NCBI GenBank assembly: GCA_023391415.1 | Contig: JAEWAY010000010.1 | Location: 8,363-72,362, forward strand | Direction of reading: 5' to 3' | Origin: Bacteroidota bacterium | GTDB lineage: Bacteria > Bacteroidota > Bacteroidia > Cytophagales > Cytophagaceae | Length of the DNA stretch: 64,000 nt | Shown: piece by piece, positions 10,004-20,449 of the stretch | How positions within the stretch are numbered: the first letter of the stretch is position 1 | Layout of the letters: every line of letters begins with the position of its first letter | Program-made: the position numbers and the translations under genes | The notes under the pieces: generated by a model | Seen by the model: the letters and a program-made list of their open reading frames with translations, nothing else | The model's database searches: none | What the model was told of the DNA's origin: nothing

Positions 10004-11266
10004 CTAAAAACATTTATAAATTCCCAGAGACAACCCTTGTCCACCTGTTTTATTGGCGGCCACAAGAAGTCCCGCCGCGTTCAGATTTACATAGGCGAAA
10101 AACCGTTTTCCCACGCTAGCCGCGGCGCCGAGTTCCAGATTCATTCGTCCAAAACCTCCATACATGAGAGCTCCCTGTATGTACAAATTATCACTAAGAG
10201 CGTATACCGGCTTCAAAAACACTCTCGGAATAGCTCCGAGACCGGTTATTATTTCCACTCCACCAATGAACATCAATGCTTCCGAGTGCTTGTATACGTA
10301 TGTCAGTTTAATAAAGGTTGGCAATCTATACAAAAAATTTTCCTCATATATATCCACACCCAGTTCTGACGCGAGACTGTCCGCGGAATATGAAGTGAGC
10401 AGGGTATCGCTGAAGCTAAATATATTCGGAATTTCCTTGCCCGCGTAGTTGACTCTCCCGTTCAGAGCGTAGGTCTTCATACTTCCCCATTGTACAAAAC
10501 CCAGATCGGATACAGACAGCCCCAGTATCGACCGGCCTATCTTGTAGTCAAAGCCCAGGAATGCAGATCCTCCCAATCCATTATTCCTGGCTACAAGTCC
10601 CGGAGAACCGGGCGCGATCCTGGCTTTCAGCTCTCCCTCCACTTCGATATAAGCTCCATACTGTTCCGTATAAAGGCTAAACTGATCGGTTTCCGCGTAT
10701 CGGAAATTTCCTCCCCGTATAAGCGAAACACCAGCCCACATCTTTAGCTTACTATCCAGAAGGCTTTTATTAAGTCCTACGGAAAAGGACTGATAGTCAA
10801 AAGAAGTAAACCTGAAAGGATCCAGTCCGGCTGTCGCGCCCGCGAAGGGCTTATTTCCCCTGAAGAAAAGTTTAAACAAATCTTTAGAAAAGACGGCTGA
10901 ATTATGTTGTCTGGCGGACAAATCGGCTATAAATCTTGTGGACTCGTTGAGTGCCGCCGCGCCGGTCAGAGAAAGGCTGAGCTGATAAGCGTATCGGTTC
11001 GACCGGGCCAATCGCCCCTCTATATAATCCTTTTGTTCGTTGCCGATATAGTTGCCATTGAGAAAATCCAGAAAAAACCGATTGGTTATACCTGTCGCCA
11101 TGAGGGAATACTCCCCTGTAAGAGCGGCGAATTCAGGCAGAGCGTTTTCATCCCGGACGCCGGCTCCAGGATTGTAATACCGGAGATAGTCTGTAAAAAC
11201 CGGTTGAGCCCGGGCTTGAAAAAAGCCCGAGAAAACAATAATTAATAATAGTAAAGCGCTCCTCAT
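10004..11266 (-). CDS. putative outer-membrane beta-barrel protein
   Basis: Signal peptide ending ARAQ, a G/S/A/Y-rich strand pattern, and a C-terminal aromatic residue. ATGA overlap with the upstream lipoprotein gene. Confidence 0.65.
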   Translation of the reverse strand: MRSALLLLIIVFSGFFQARAQPVFTDYLRYYNPGAGVRDENALPEFAALTGEYSLMATGITNRFFLDFLNGNYIGNEQKDYIEGRLARSNRYAYQLSLSLTGAAALNESTRFIADLSARQHNSAVFSKDLFKLFFRGNKPFAGATAGLDPFRFTSFDYQSFSVGLNKSLLDSKLKMWAGVSLIRGGNFRYAETDQFSLYTEQYGAYIEVEGELKARIAPGSPGLVARNNGLGGSAFLGFDYKIGRSILGLSVSDLGFVQWGSMKTYALNGRVNYAGKEIPNIFSFSDTLLTSYSADSLASELGVDIYEENFLYRLPTFIKLTYVYKHSEALMFIGGVEIITGLGAIPRVFLKPVYALSDNLYIQGALMYGGFGRMNLELGAAASVGKRFFAYVNLNAAGLLVAANKTGGQGLSLGIYKCF

Positions 11267-13329
11267 TTGTTCATCACTCTATATTCAAAATCCCCCACCA
11301 GAGTCAGATCGACCCGATAATCTTCATAAATCCGCACATGACTATTTTCCGGCATTGTCCAGAAAGAAACTTCCAATACGATTTTAGCCGCCGACATGAG
11401 ACTATTTAATCGGGTTATATCCATCGGAAAGGCGAGTCTGCTAAATTTCTTTTCCATTACTTTACCCGATACAGGGTCGATCGCGCCGGCTTTAATCTCT
11501 CGGCCGGAGACCAGACGATCGACCTCTTCTCCATCCTCCTTCAGAAAAATCAATTTCATCTCCGCGTCCAGCGGATAACCATTCCAGACGAGTAGCCCCA
11601 GTTCACCTTGTCCGATAGGCTCCTCTACTATGGACGCTGAAAAATCAATGGTATCCGTCAGCACAAATTTTTTGGCGGACAGATGAAGCGGCAATTCCAT
11701 ATTGACGAAGGCCCTGATCGTACTGGTATCGTAAGCGAAGCCAGTAAGGTCATAGTCGGACGCGCTTCTGTTAAGATAGATTTTGCCTTTATAGCCAATC
11801 TTATTTGGTTTCAGACTCAGCAATTCTTCCGGACCTGGATTCGCGCCATCCGCGTGGATGGTCGTCATGACTGGACGTATCGGATTGGTCAGGGCTCTTT
11901 TTATCGTGCCATTGGCGACGTTATTGATCACCCGCATCGTCTGGTTATTGGAAGCCGTAAGCTGCTCGATTTCCAGATCCCCTTCCATACCCAGGCCATT
12001 GACAAAGTCTATGGACAGGTTGAGTTCGCTAAATGAAACTTCTTCGATATTGAAATCGTCGAACAAGTCGAACGTTACTTCACCCGGACCAAATCCGATC
12101 GTATCTTTCCCAAGAAAACCTTCCACATAAGAGGGCTTTACCTCTTCAAAAGCCAGACTCACCGACACATAGTCGGAGCGGGAAAGCGTCACGGGAGTAT
12201 TGCTCTCGTCAATGGACACTTTTACCAGGTTGTGAATCACGTTGTAGGTATCTTTATTTTTGCCTGTCAGGTCAATCATGTAACCGGCAAAATCGTGCTC
12301 CAGGATTATTTCTCCCGGTTTCCCGCCACTCGCGGCGGGGATCTGGCCGGATAATTGAAATGGAATTCCATTTCGCGTCGCGGCGGGCACTTTAAAAAGA
12401 TAATTAATGGCTACTCCGGCTGAATTTTGAGCCGAAAGCTTTATTTTTCCCTCTTTCAAGATCGTTTTGACCAAACGCGCCTCTCCCATTCCGTCAAGAG
12501 GACTATCCTCTTCCCAACTAATAAGATCCTGAGCCGGAAAAACGGTGGTGGCTTCGTCCACCGAAAGATCGTTTACCCGCAAACGTACCGTAAAAGCGCT
12601 GTTGGTATCGATCATGGGATAGCCACTCTGAATATCCACTCTGGAAATATCGATATTGAGCGCCCCATATACCGTCTTGCCCGCCAGATCATATACAATC
12701 GGTCCATAAGTGGAACCCGCGGGAAGAGAGGCGATGGCGTCTTCGACAATAGGAGTATTATCGATCGCGTTGGCCAGACGCATCTCTAGATTGGTCAGAC
12801 TAATAGGAAAATGATTGATAATTTCCATTGTAAGAGATCCTTCCAGGATACGGGCCGCAACCAGAATATCACTAATATCGACGGAAAAAGCCTCCACCGA
12901 CTGATTTGGAATGCGCGCCAGAAGCAAGTTTTGTCCATGCCGATTCAGTATCTGCTGTCCCTCCGACTCTCCATTGGCGATCAACTGGCGAGCGAGATCC
13001 GCCAGCGTAATTCTGTACTCTACCATATCCGAATTAATCTTGAGAGACTCTACCGTTTGCCTGCTGACAAAGGGTCGAATATCAAGATTGATCAGCGAGT
13101 CGAGCCCCTGAGCATATAATGGCTGGCTATAAATGACACTCAGGCTATGATCAGCTTTTACCACATAGGCTGTGTCTGGCAAAAAATCCTTTATTGACAT
13201 AGAGGTCTTTATTAAAGGCGCGAGTACTTCAGCGTCCCATCGGGGCTGGGTCTTATCTTTTTTTTTGCAAGCCTGGCTCAAGCAAGCTATCGCCAAAACG
13301 ATAATAAATAGTTGAATAAATCTGCTCAT
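11263..13329 (-). CDS. large lipoprotein of unknown function
   Basis: Signal peptide with lipobox (CLSQAC). 688 aa, translationally coupled to the downstream barrel gene. Confidence 0.65.
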   Translation of the reverse strand: MSRFIQLFIIVLAIACLSQACKKKDKTQPRWDAEVLAPLIKTSMSIKDFLPDTAYVVKADHSLSVIYSQPLYAQGLDSLINLDIRPFVSRQTVESLKINSDMVEYRITLADLARQLIANGESEGQQILNRHGQNLLLARIPNQSVEAFSVDISDILVAARILEGSLTMEIINHFPISLTNLEMRLANAIDNTPIVEDAIASLPAGSTYGPIVYDLAGKTVYGALNIDISRVDIQSGYPMIDTNSAFTVRLRVNDLSVDEATTVFPAQDLISWEEDSPLDGMGEARLVKTILKEGKIKLSAQNSAGVAINYLFKVPAATRNGIPFQLSGQIPAASGGKPGEIILEHDFAGYMIDLTGKNKDTYNVIHNLVKVSIDESNTPVTLSRSDYVSVSLAFEEVKPSYVEGFLGKDTIGFGPGEVTFDLFDDFNIEEVSFSELNLSIDFVNGLGMEGDLEIEQLTASNNQTMRVINNVANGTIKRALTNPIRPVMTTIHADGANPGPEELLSLKPNKIGYKGKIYLNRSASDYDLTGFAYDTSTIRAFVNMELPLHLSAKKFVLTDTIDFSASIVEEPIGQGELGLLVWNGYPLDAEMKLIFLKEDGEEVDRLVSGREIKAGAIDPVSGKVMEKKFSRLAFPMDITRLNSLMSAAKIVLEVSFWTMPENSHVRIYEDYRVDLTLVGDFEYRVMNK

Positions 13330-13669
13330 TCACCTTTGATAAATGCAACAAATTAAGATTTGATTGAACATTTTCAAAGAAGACAGAAGGTTTTTATTGA
13401 AAAAATCGAAATATATAGTTTCTAATAATGTGAATTGAACCTGCCATTGGAGCGCCTCGGTCTTTCAGCCACTCATACTGCCCGAACATTTTTCCGGCAT
13501 GTGCGATCTGCCGATCACCCATATAAAACTGAAAAACTATGCCTGAACACATGGATCCTGAAAAATGATCGCCCATCGCGAGGAAGCGAATCCATTCATA
13601 GAATTTACATAAAGAATCGGAAGGCGAAAAAAAGAACAGCGGCTATAATGATCCTAATTAATAAGGCGA

Positions 13670-13703
13670 GGGCTGATCGGAATATCCGGATCAGCCCTTT
13701 TTT
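13670..13703. terminator. hairpin plus T-tract, a terminator-like element downstream of htpG
   Basis: GGGCTGATC(GG)...(CC)GGATCAGCCC stem followed by T6 on the plus strand. Lies 32 nt beyond the htpG stop. Confidence 0.4.
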
Positions 13704-13734
13704 CTGTTATTTCATTCTTATATAAGAAACAAGG

Positions 13735-15564
13735 TTAGACGCTTTCCAACTCCACGCTTCTCTTTATAAAGTTGGTCAGGTCTTTTCCTTTAAGCATCCC
13801 CTGGGAAAGAAGCGCGAGATCGTACGCCTGTTTCGCCAGTTTTTCACTCGCGGAAGCATCCACCGCGTCGGCGATCTTTCGGATCATCGGGTGATTGCTA
13901 TTGACTACCACCTGATACTCTTCTCCTAGATTGGCCATAAAAGGCATCCCGCCACCCGCCATGGACATATCCTTCATCCGTCTGATAAATTCCGGGAAGT
14001 TGATGGAAACAGGCAATTCATCAACCGGAAGCGCTTCAAGATTCAATTTAGTCTTCTCATTGCCGATAGCCTTTTCAAACACCTGTTTTACTTTACCCTG
14101 CTGATCTTCGCTCAATACACTTTCCATCTTCTCATCCTTGTCGATCAACTTGTCGATACGGTCCGCATCTACGCGCTTGAGTGAGAATTTTTCGATCTTA
14201 CGCTCCAACAAATTAATAAAATGGCTATCAATAAGCGCGTTGTCGAGCAACAATACGTCATACCCCCGGTTTTTCGCGGATTGGATATAGGTGTCCTGCT
14301 TTCCGGAATCGCTCGTATATAGAGCTATCAGATTACCATCTTTATCCGTCTGCAAGGTTTTTATCCGCTCTTTGTATTCCTCTATGGTCGAAAACTCATC
14401 TTCGGTATTTTTAAGCAGACAGAAGTTGATCGCCTTGTCGTAAAACTTGTCATCGCTGATCATGCCATATTTTATAAACAAGCTGATGTCATCCCACTTC
14501 TCCTCAAAAGATTTTCTGTCCTTATTAAAGAGCTCGGATAGCTTATCGGCGACTTTTTTGGTAATATGGCTATTGATTTTCTTTACATTTCCGTCCGCCT
14601 GGAGAAAACTTCTGGACACATTGAGCGGAATATCCGGAGAATCGATTATTCCCTGAAGCAGCATCAGGAATTCAGGGACCACGTCCTTTACCTCGTCGGT
14701 AATAAATACCTGACGGGAATATAGCTGTATCTTGTCACGGTTTACCTCGATTTCGCCTTTTATTTTGGGGAAATACAATATACCGGTCAACTCAAAGGGA
14801 TAATCAACATTGAGGTGAATCCAGAAAAGCGGGTCGCTGGCGAAAGGATATAATTCCTTATAAAAACTCAGATAGTCTTCGTCTTTCAGCTCAGAAGGCG
14901 ATTTTGTCCATATCGGAGCCGTGTTGTTGACGACATTTCCTTCAAACTCGATCTCGACTGGCAAAAATTTGCAGTACTTGCTGAGAATGGAGCTCAGACG
15001 CCCAGGCTCCAGAAACTCTTCGGAGTCTTCCGCTATATGAAGGATCACATCGGTACCGCGCTCGTCGCGGGTCGCGGCCGTAATCTGAAACTCGGTAGAG
15101 CCGTCGCACTCCCAACGGGCGGCCTCCGCGCCCTCCTGGTAGGAACGGGTGATAATCTCCACATTTTTGGCAACCATGAAAGACGAATAAAATCCAAGGC
15201 CAAAATTTCCTATAATCTGCTTATCATCACCCTTATCCTTATATTTTTCTACAAATTCGGCCGCTCCGGAAAAAGCGATCTGATTGATGTATTTCTTTAT
15301 TTCTTCCGCGGTCATGCCCAATCCCTGATCACTGATTGTAATCGTTTTGGCGTCCTTATCGACAGCTACTTTCACTTTCAGGTCGCCCAACTCGCCTTTG
15401 AACTCTCCCAATGAAGAAAGACGCTTTAGTTTTTGAGTGGCGTCTACCGCGTTTGAAACCAGCTCTCTCAGAAAAATCTCATGATCAGAATAAAGAAATT
15501 TCTTGATAATCGGGAAAATGTTTTCGGTATGAATCGAAATTGTTCCTTTTTCTTCCGTAACCAT
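13735..15564 (-). CDS. htpG: molecular chaperone HtpG (Hsp90)
   Basis: N-terminal GHKL ATPase signature (IFLRELVSNAVDA, ISDQGLGMT, GNFGLGFYS). 609 aa. Confidence 0.95.
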   Translation of the reverse strand: MVTEEKGTISIHTENIFPIIKKFLYSDHEIFLRELVSNAVDATQKLKRLSSLGEFKGELGDLKVKVAVDKDAKTITISDQGLGMTAEEIKKYINQIAFSGAAEFVEKYKDKGDDKQIIGNFGLGFYSSFMVAKNVEIITRSYQEGAEAARWECDGSTEFQITAATRDERGTDVILHIAEDSEEFLEPGRLSSILSKYCKFLPVEIEFEGNVVNNTAPIWTKSPSELKDEDYLSFYKELYPFASDPLFWIHLNVDYPFELTGILYFPKIKGEIEVNRDKIQLYSRQVFITDEVKDVVPEFLMLLQGIIDSPDIPLNVSRSFLQADGNVKKINSHITKKVADKLSELFNKDRKSFEEKWDDISLFIKYGMISDDKFYDKAINFCLLKNTEDEFSTIEEYKERIKTLQTDKDGNLIALYTSDSGKQDTYIQSAKNRGYDVLLLDNALIDSHFINLLERKIEKFSLKRVDADRIDKLIDKDEKMESVLSEDQQGKVKQVFEKAIGNEKTKLNLEALPVDELPVSINFPEFIRRMKDMSMAGGGMPFMANLGEEYQVVVNSNHPMIRKIADAVDASASEKLAKQAYDLALLSQGMLKGKDLTNFIKRSVELESV

Positions 15565-15697
15565 TTTTATCTAATTTTTTGATTGTACGAATTGATCCGA
15601 ATGCCGAAAGTATCAAGGATCATTCCACAACCCTCATTCCTGCCAGGATGACAGAGGCGAACGTCCTTCAACTGGCAAAACGCCAGTTCCATAATCC

Positions 15698-16267
15698 TCA
15701 ACCCTCCTGCTTCAGATTCCGGATTACACGACATGGATTGCCCGCGGCGAATACGTCGGGGGGAATATCCCGGGTTACTACGCTCCCCGCGCCTATCACC
15801 GACCGATCACCAATTGTAACACCCGGACAAAGCACCGCTCCTCCACCTATCCATACATCCGATCCAATACTTACCGGAGCCCCGTTTTCCAGCCCCTGGC
15901 TACGAAGTTCATGATCCATAGGGTGCAAAGCTGTGTAGATCTGGACAGCGGGACCAAACAGACAGCGGTCTCCGATGGTTACTCCGCACACATCCAGTAT
16001 GACACAATTGAAGTTGAAGTATACATCGTCCCCCAACTGAATATTATATCCATAATCACAATAAAAAGGAGGCTGAATCATCAGGGCTTTTCCATGGGAC
16101 GCGAACAGCCTGCTATATAGAGGTGTCAGGCGCTCCAGAGTTAAACTTGCGGAGGAATTTATCCGATCCAGCAACTGGCGTGCCTGTTCCCTTTCATCTA
16201 CCAGTTCCTTGTCAAAGGCCAGGTACAATTCTCCAGCTACCATTTTTTCCTTTTCCGACTTATTCAT
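15698..16267 (-). CDS. maltose/galactoside O-acetyltransferase (hexapeptide repeat)
   Basis: Left-handed beta-helix hexapeptide repeats (IGSDVWIGGGAVLCPGVTIGDRSVIGAGSVV) and a Mac-type N-terminal domain. Start taken at MNKSEKEKM. Confidence 0.85.
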   Translation of the reverse strand: MNKSEKEKMVAGELYLAFDKELVDEREQARQLLDRINSSASLTLERLTPLYSRLFASHGKALMIQPPFYCDYGYNIQLGDDVYFNFNCVILDVCGVTIGDRCLFGPAVQIYTALHPMDHELRSQGLENGAPVSIGSDVWIGGGAVLCPGVTIGDRSVIGAGSVVTRDIPPDVFAAGNPCRVIRNLKQEG

Positions 16268-16312
16268 TATGGTCTGAGCTCGTTTAGTTCCCAATTATAA
16301 GGAATAAACTCC

Positions 16313-16699
16313 TTATTTGTTTCTGTCGATACAAGGAGAGAAACCAAAAGTCAACAATCCACTCAACCCGTAACATAAAAGATCATAGTAGTCAGCTACA
16401 TATTCCGGAGACCGGAGGGGAAGAAGAAACTCATACACGACTCCTACAAACAGGGTAAAAAAGATAATTCTGGCTTTGCCGTAGCGGAGACTCCTGTTAC
16501 CGCTTATCAAGCGCTCCAGACTAATGGCAGCGGCGATAAAAACAGGAATACAGATCAAATCATTGAGGTAGGAATGTACAAACAAGAAACTCCAGCCAAG
16601 CCAGGCGGTGATTTTTACAAAAACAAAAAGCGCCAGGCAAGTATACGGCAAGCCTCCCCTCCAAGGCTCGATCAGCCAACGATAATCGTGGCGAGCCAT
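16313..16699 (-). CDS. small integral membrane protein
   Basis: Four predicted TM helices. Function unknown. Confidence 0.5.
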   Translation of the reverse strand: MARHDYRWLIEPWRGGLPYTCLALFVFVKITAWLGWSFLFVHSYLNDLICIPVFIAAAISLERLISGNRSLRYGKARIIFFTLFVGVVYEFLLPLRSPEYVADYYDLLCYGLSGLLTFGFSPCIDRNK

Positions 16700-16968
16700 A
16701 CAAGAAACGAAGCGATACCAAAGAAAAGTAATTGCCCACCCTGAACAATTCTTTTCAATATTACCAGGAGAAAGGGATCATCGTCGCCGATAGAAATCAG
16801 CCTCAAGCGCATGGAATGCGCGTCTTCGCTCTCTTCACTTTTTCGCTGGAACTCGACAAGCTCTCGAGGCGAAAGCGGGTCTCCGCAATTGGGACAACAT
16901 TCATGTATATCACGCCTCCATTGGACCCACTCAGTACAGGAAGGACATTTTTTCAAAGAAGCGCTCAT
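16672..16968 (-). CDS. zinc-ribbon membrane-anchored protein
   Basis: CPSC...CPNC zinc-ribbon pair at the N-terminus and a C-terminal TM helix. Confidence 0.5.
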   Translation of the reverse strand: MSASLKKCPSCTEWVQWRRDIHECCPNCGDPLSPRELVEFQRKSEESEDAHSMRLRLISIGDDDPFLLVILKRIVQGGQLLFFGIASFLVWLATIIVG

Positions 16969-17386
16969 AGGATGGAGAGGGTTTGTATAACAATAAATAT
17001 CACCGACATGAAATTATCATGTGGCGAAATTAAAAACAAAAAAAGGGCGATCTTTATTCCAAGCGAATTTCCATATCGTAATGCTTTCATTATGTATATA
17101 TTACATAATAATAACTAAGCCTTGGATATGGATTTTCATGTGAGAGTCCCGGAAGCGGATCATTCCAATCGTCAATCTACCAAATCGGAATATTATTCAT
17201 AAGATCAGCCGATGGACATAAAACCTAAAACAACATTCACCGCGTATGCCATAAACAAAAAACGCCCCGCAGGGGGTTTTCCTTTTTGCAAGACTTATTA
17301 TTTGCCGATATTGGACCAAGCTGGAAGACTAATGGCGAAAAGCCAAAAGCTTCTTCAACAACCATAAATAAGCCAACCCAGTCAAT

Positions 17387-18574
17387 ATGTCCCATACCAC
17401 TTCCTTTTGGACCATCGCGACGCTGCTAGCGGCCAGCAGCCTTACAATCATGTCCAGCGCCACTATAGCTCCTTCACTACCCCAAATAAGCGAAGTATTC
17501 GTCGACGCGCCTTACTCCGATATTCTTACCAGACTTATCCTGACCATACCCGGACTAACTATCGCCATATGCGCTCCCTTCATGGGATATCTTATAGACC
17601 GGGCGGGTCGCAAAAACTTTATCATTGGAGGACTTATCTTATATGGGCTTACTGGTTCCTCCGGACTTTATTTACATTCACTATCCTGGTTGCTGGCCAG
17701 CAGGGCGCTGCTCGGACTGGCCGTAGCCGCGATCATGACTTCTTGCACCACCTTGATCGGAGATTACTTCATAGGAGAGGGACGAAACCGGATTATCGGC
17801 ATGCAGAGCTCCGCCATGGCCCTGGGAGGCGTACTATTTATCATCTCGGGCGGATTGCTGGCGGATTATTCCTGGCGGGGACCTTTTAGTTTATATCTTT
17901 TCGCGTGGATTCTTATAATTCCCGCGCTAGTTTTTATTTATGAGCCTCCAAAACCGGAAAAGCCAGATCAAACTCCCGACTCCGGCACTCCCGGACATTT
18001 GGCGTTATTCAGCGTTATTCTTATTCATCTTACCGGCTTTGCCGGCATGGTCCTTTTTTATCTGGTACCTGTACAAATCCCATTTTTATTGAAAGAATTT
18101 GAAACTGTAAGCAACGTGAAAGTCGGACTAGCCATCGCGTCCTCCACGCTGGTCGGAGCCATCGTATCCAGTTTTTATCAGAAAATCCGGGGGCGTTTCT
18201 TATTTCCAACCATTTATTCATTTACATTTTGTCTTATGGCGGCGGGCTTCTTATTGATCGGCGTTTCAAACAATTATCCGACCGCCATAGCCGGACTACT
18301 GATCAATGGTTTAGGCATGGGAATGATGATGCCCAACGGAAACAGTTGGATCATGGCGATCAGTCCGGCCCATACACGGGGCCGCGTGGTAGGCACCCTT
18401 ACCACCGCCGTATTTCTCGGACAATTTTGTTCTCCGATAATTTCGCAACCATTGACAAGCAAAACAGGTATTAATAATACGTTTCTTTTGTGCGGCTACG
18501 CGGCGCTCGCGATCGGCGTATTGTTCGCGATCGGAGCTCGGCGCTTACATAGGGTCTCGATAAAAACCAATTAA
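17387..18574 (+). CDS. MFS transporter
   Basis: 12-TM-like layout with an MFS loop motif (GYLIDRAGRK). Confidence 0.85.
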   Translation: MSHTTSFWTIATLLAASSLTIMSSATIAPSLPQISEVFVDAPYSDILTRLILTIPGLTIAICAPFMGYLIDRAGRKNFIIGGLILYGLTGSSGLYLHSLSWLLASRALLGLAVAAIMTSCTTLIGDYFIGEGRNRIIGMQSSAMALGGVLFIISGGLLADYSWRGPFSLYLFAWILIIPALVFIYEPPKPEKPDQTPDSGTPGHLALFSVILIHLTGFAGMVLFYLVPVQIPFLLKEFETVSNVKVGLAIASSTLVGAIVSSFYQKIRGRFLFPTIYSFTFCLMAAGFLLIGVSNNYPTAIAGLLINGLGMGMMMPNGNSWIMAISPAHTRGRVVGTLTTAVFLGQFCSPIISQPLTSKTGINNTFLLCGYAALAIGVLFAIGARRLHRVSIKTN

Positions 18575-18584
18575 TTTTGCATAG

Positions 18585-19208
18585 ATGAATATTACCATTT
18601 TTGGAGCGACAGGCAGAACCGGCAGCCAGATTGTCCGGAAAGCGTTACGAGACCAACACGCCCTCACCATTGTAAGCAGGCAACTCGCCAGAGTATGCTT
18701 CGACCCGAAAGAACTAACGATTGTGGAAGGCAATGTTCTTTCCCCGGAAATAGTCCGGCAAGCCATAAGCGGGGCGGAGCTTGTCATCAGCGCGATCGGC
18801 GCCGACGATATTTCCAAACCTTTCCGGATGATTTCGGAAGGCACTAAAAATATTATCGACGCGATGACTGAAACCGGTGTCAAGCGTTTTGTAGGTATGG
18901 CCGGAGCCGGTATCCTCAATCACCCCGACGGGGAGTATAATGGCGATGTGGATCTGGACCCATTCCTTCAGTTCCTTTTTCAGGACAATTTTCGGGCATT
19001 CAAAGCACTGGAAAAATCGTCGCTGGACTGGACGCTGATATGTCCTTTCCTTATGCCGGCGGGACCTGAGACAGGCGATTATCGGGTGGAGGAAAATCAC
19101 CTGCCCTCCAATCCCAGGCCTGTCAGTGTAGGCGATATAGCCAGTCTGATCTATAAAACAGCTACGGAAGGCTTGTATCCACGCGTCCGGGTGGGCGTAG
19201 CGACATAA
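18585..19208 (+). CDS. NAD(P)H-binding oxidoreductase (NmrA/BVR-B-like atypical SDR)
   Basis: N-terminal Rossmann motif IFGATGRTGSQIV. About 207 aa. Confidence 0.8.
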   Translation: MNITIFGATGRTGSQIVRKALRDQHALTIVSRQLARVCFDPKELTIVEGNVLSPEIVRQAISGAELVISAIGADDISKPFRMISEGTKNIIDAMTETGVKRFVGMAGAGILNHPDGEYNGDVDLDPFLQFLFQDNFRAFKALEKSSLDWTLICPFLMPAGPETGDYRVEENHLPSNPRPVSVGDIASLIYKTATEGLYPRVRVGVAT

Positions 19209-19219
19209 AGCGCGCGGTT

Positions 19220-19738
19220 TCAATCCTCTTTCAACCAGCCCGCGTACATTACATAATTGTTCGCGATACGGCTTACCGTATTTTGAAACTGCTCCTGGCT
19301 TAGATCCTTGACTTTGCGCGCGGGAATACCGGCATATATCGATCCTGATTCAATCCTCGTATTTTCAAGTACGATAGCGCCCGCCGCGATAATCGAATTT
19401 TTTTCGACATACGCGTTGTCCATCACGATAGCGCCCATGCCAACAAGCACATTGTCCTCCAATGTACAACCATGTACAATAGCCGAATGTCCGATCGACA
19501 CATTGTTTCCAATGGTCAGATTCGCTTTCTGATATGTACAATGCAATACCGCGTTGTCCTGAATATTGACTTTGTTTCCGATCCGGATACTGTTGACATC
19601 GCCTCTCACCACGGCGTTGAACCAGACAGAACAATCATCTCCCATCACTACCTCTCCGATGACCACGGCGTTGTCCGCCAAAAAAATGTTATGGCCAAAC
19701 TTCGGGCTAAAACCCCTTACTTCTCTTATAATCGCCAT
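19220..19738 (-). CDS. gamma-carbonic anhydrase family protein (hexapeptide, YrdA/PaaY-like)
   Basis: Hexapeptide repeats with conserved His residues (VLHC..., IGHSAIVHGC). Confidence 0.85.
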   Translation of the reverse strand: MAIIREVRGFSPKFGHNIFLADNAVVIGEVVMGDDCSVWFNAVVRGDVNSIRIGNKVNIQDNAVLHCTYQKANLTIGNNVSIGHSAIVHGCTLEDNVLVGMGAIVMDNAYVEKNSIIAAGAIVLENTRIESGSIYAGIPARKVKDLSQEQFQNTVSRIANNYVMYAGWLKED

Positions 19739-19798
19739 AAGTAAAATTAATTTTGATTTTTTAAGTTATATAATTACTTTAATTTTCCGGAGATTTTA

Positions 19799-20392
19799 AT
19801 GAAAAGACTGTTATACCTTTTTTTATTCTTGTACGGCGGTATGCCGGCTTTCGCCCAAAATCTGGAATTTGGCACAGGAGCCTCATTCACCAAATTTAGC
19901 GGAAAAATATATAATAAGGACCATAAGCAATTTGTGCCCATCACCACACCGGTAAACCTTACCTTCAACGTGATCGTGTCGGGCAATATTCCACTCAAGT
20001 ACCTGAAGGACGAAGTCGTATTCGGAGTAAATCCGACCGCGGGCCTGTCGCTTTTTTATTCCACCATCGCGCTTGACGTACCAGTCCTGGCCACTCTCAA
20101 ACTGGGAGCGGGCTCTTCCGACAAGACCGACGCGGCGCTTGGAACGGGTATCGGTATCGGAGGACAGTTTTCGTTCTTTTCGACCTATCTCAACGCGGAC
20201 GCCGCTCCCGTATCTTATTCCGGGGCCATGTTCTTGCCCGTAATCATGGGTGAAACCTCCATCATTTTCCGGGGATACAACATGTATCAGATTCGCGTCG
20301 AAATCACTCCGGTACCGGTACGCAGAATCAATAAAAACTTTGTCGGAGAAATTTCCCAAATCAATATTCGCCTGCTTCGGGCATTTTTGTAA
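19799..20392 (+). CDS. secreted/outer-membrane hypothetical protein
   Basis: Signal peptide (LFLYGGMPAFAQ), beta-rich sequence, terminal aromatic residue. Confidence 0.5.
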   Translation: MKRLLYLFLFLYGGMPAFAQNLEFGTGASFTKFSGKIYNKDHKQFVPITTPVNLTFNVIVSGNIPLKYLKDEVVFGVNPTAGLSLFYSTIALDVPVLATLKLGAGSSDKTDAALGTGIGIGGQFSFFSTYLNADAAPVSYSGAMFLPVIMGETSIIFRGYNMYQIRVEITPVPVRRINKNFVGEISQINIRLLRAFL

Positions 20393-20449
20393 AAAAACAA
20401 GAATATCGCGAACATTTTCCGCGATCGTAGTTCCATAGTACAATACTTC

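Noticed and set aside
13394-13725. Overlapping 60-aa (minus) and 96-aa (plus) ORFs between the 688-aa lipoprotein gene and htpG.
   Set aside because: Composition is poor. The plus ORF reads straight through a terminator hairpin. Neither shows a family signature.
17258-17290. Possible orphan terminator or sRNA end upstream of the MFS transporter gene (AAAAAACGCCCCGCAGGGGGTTTTCCTTTTT).
   Set aside because: The stem is only 4-5 bp (CCCC/GGGG), which is too weak to call without expression data.
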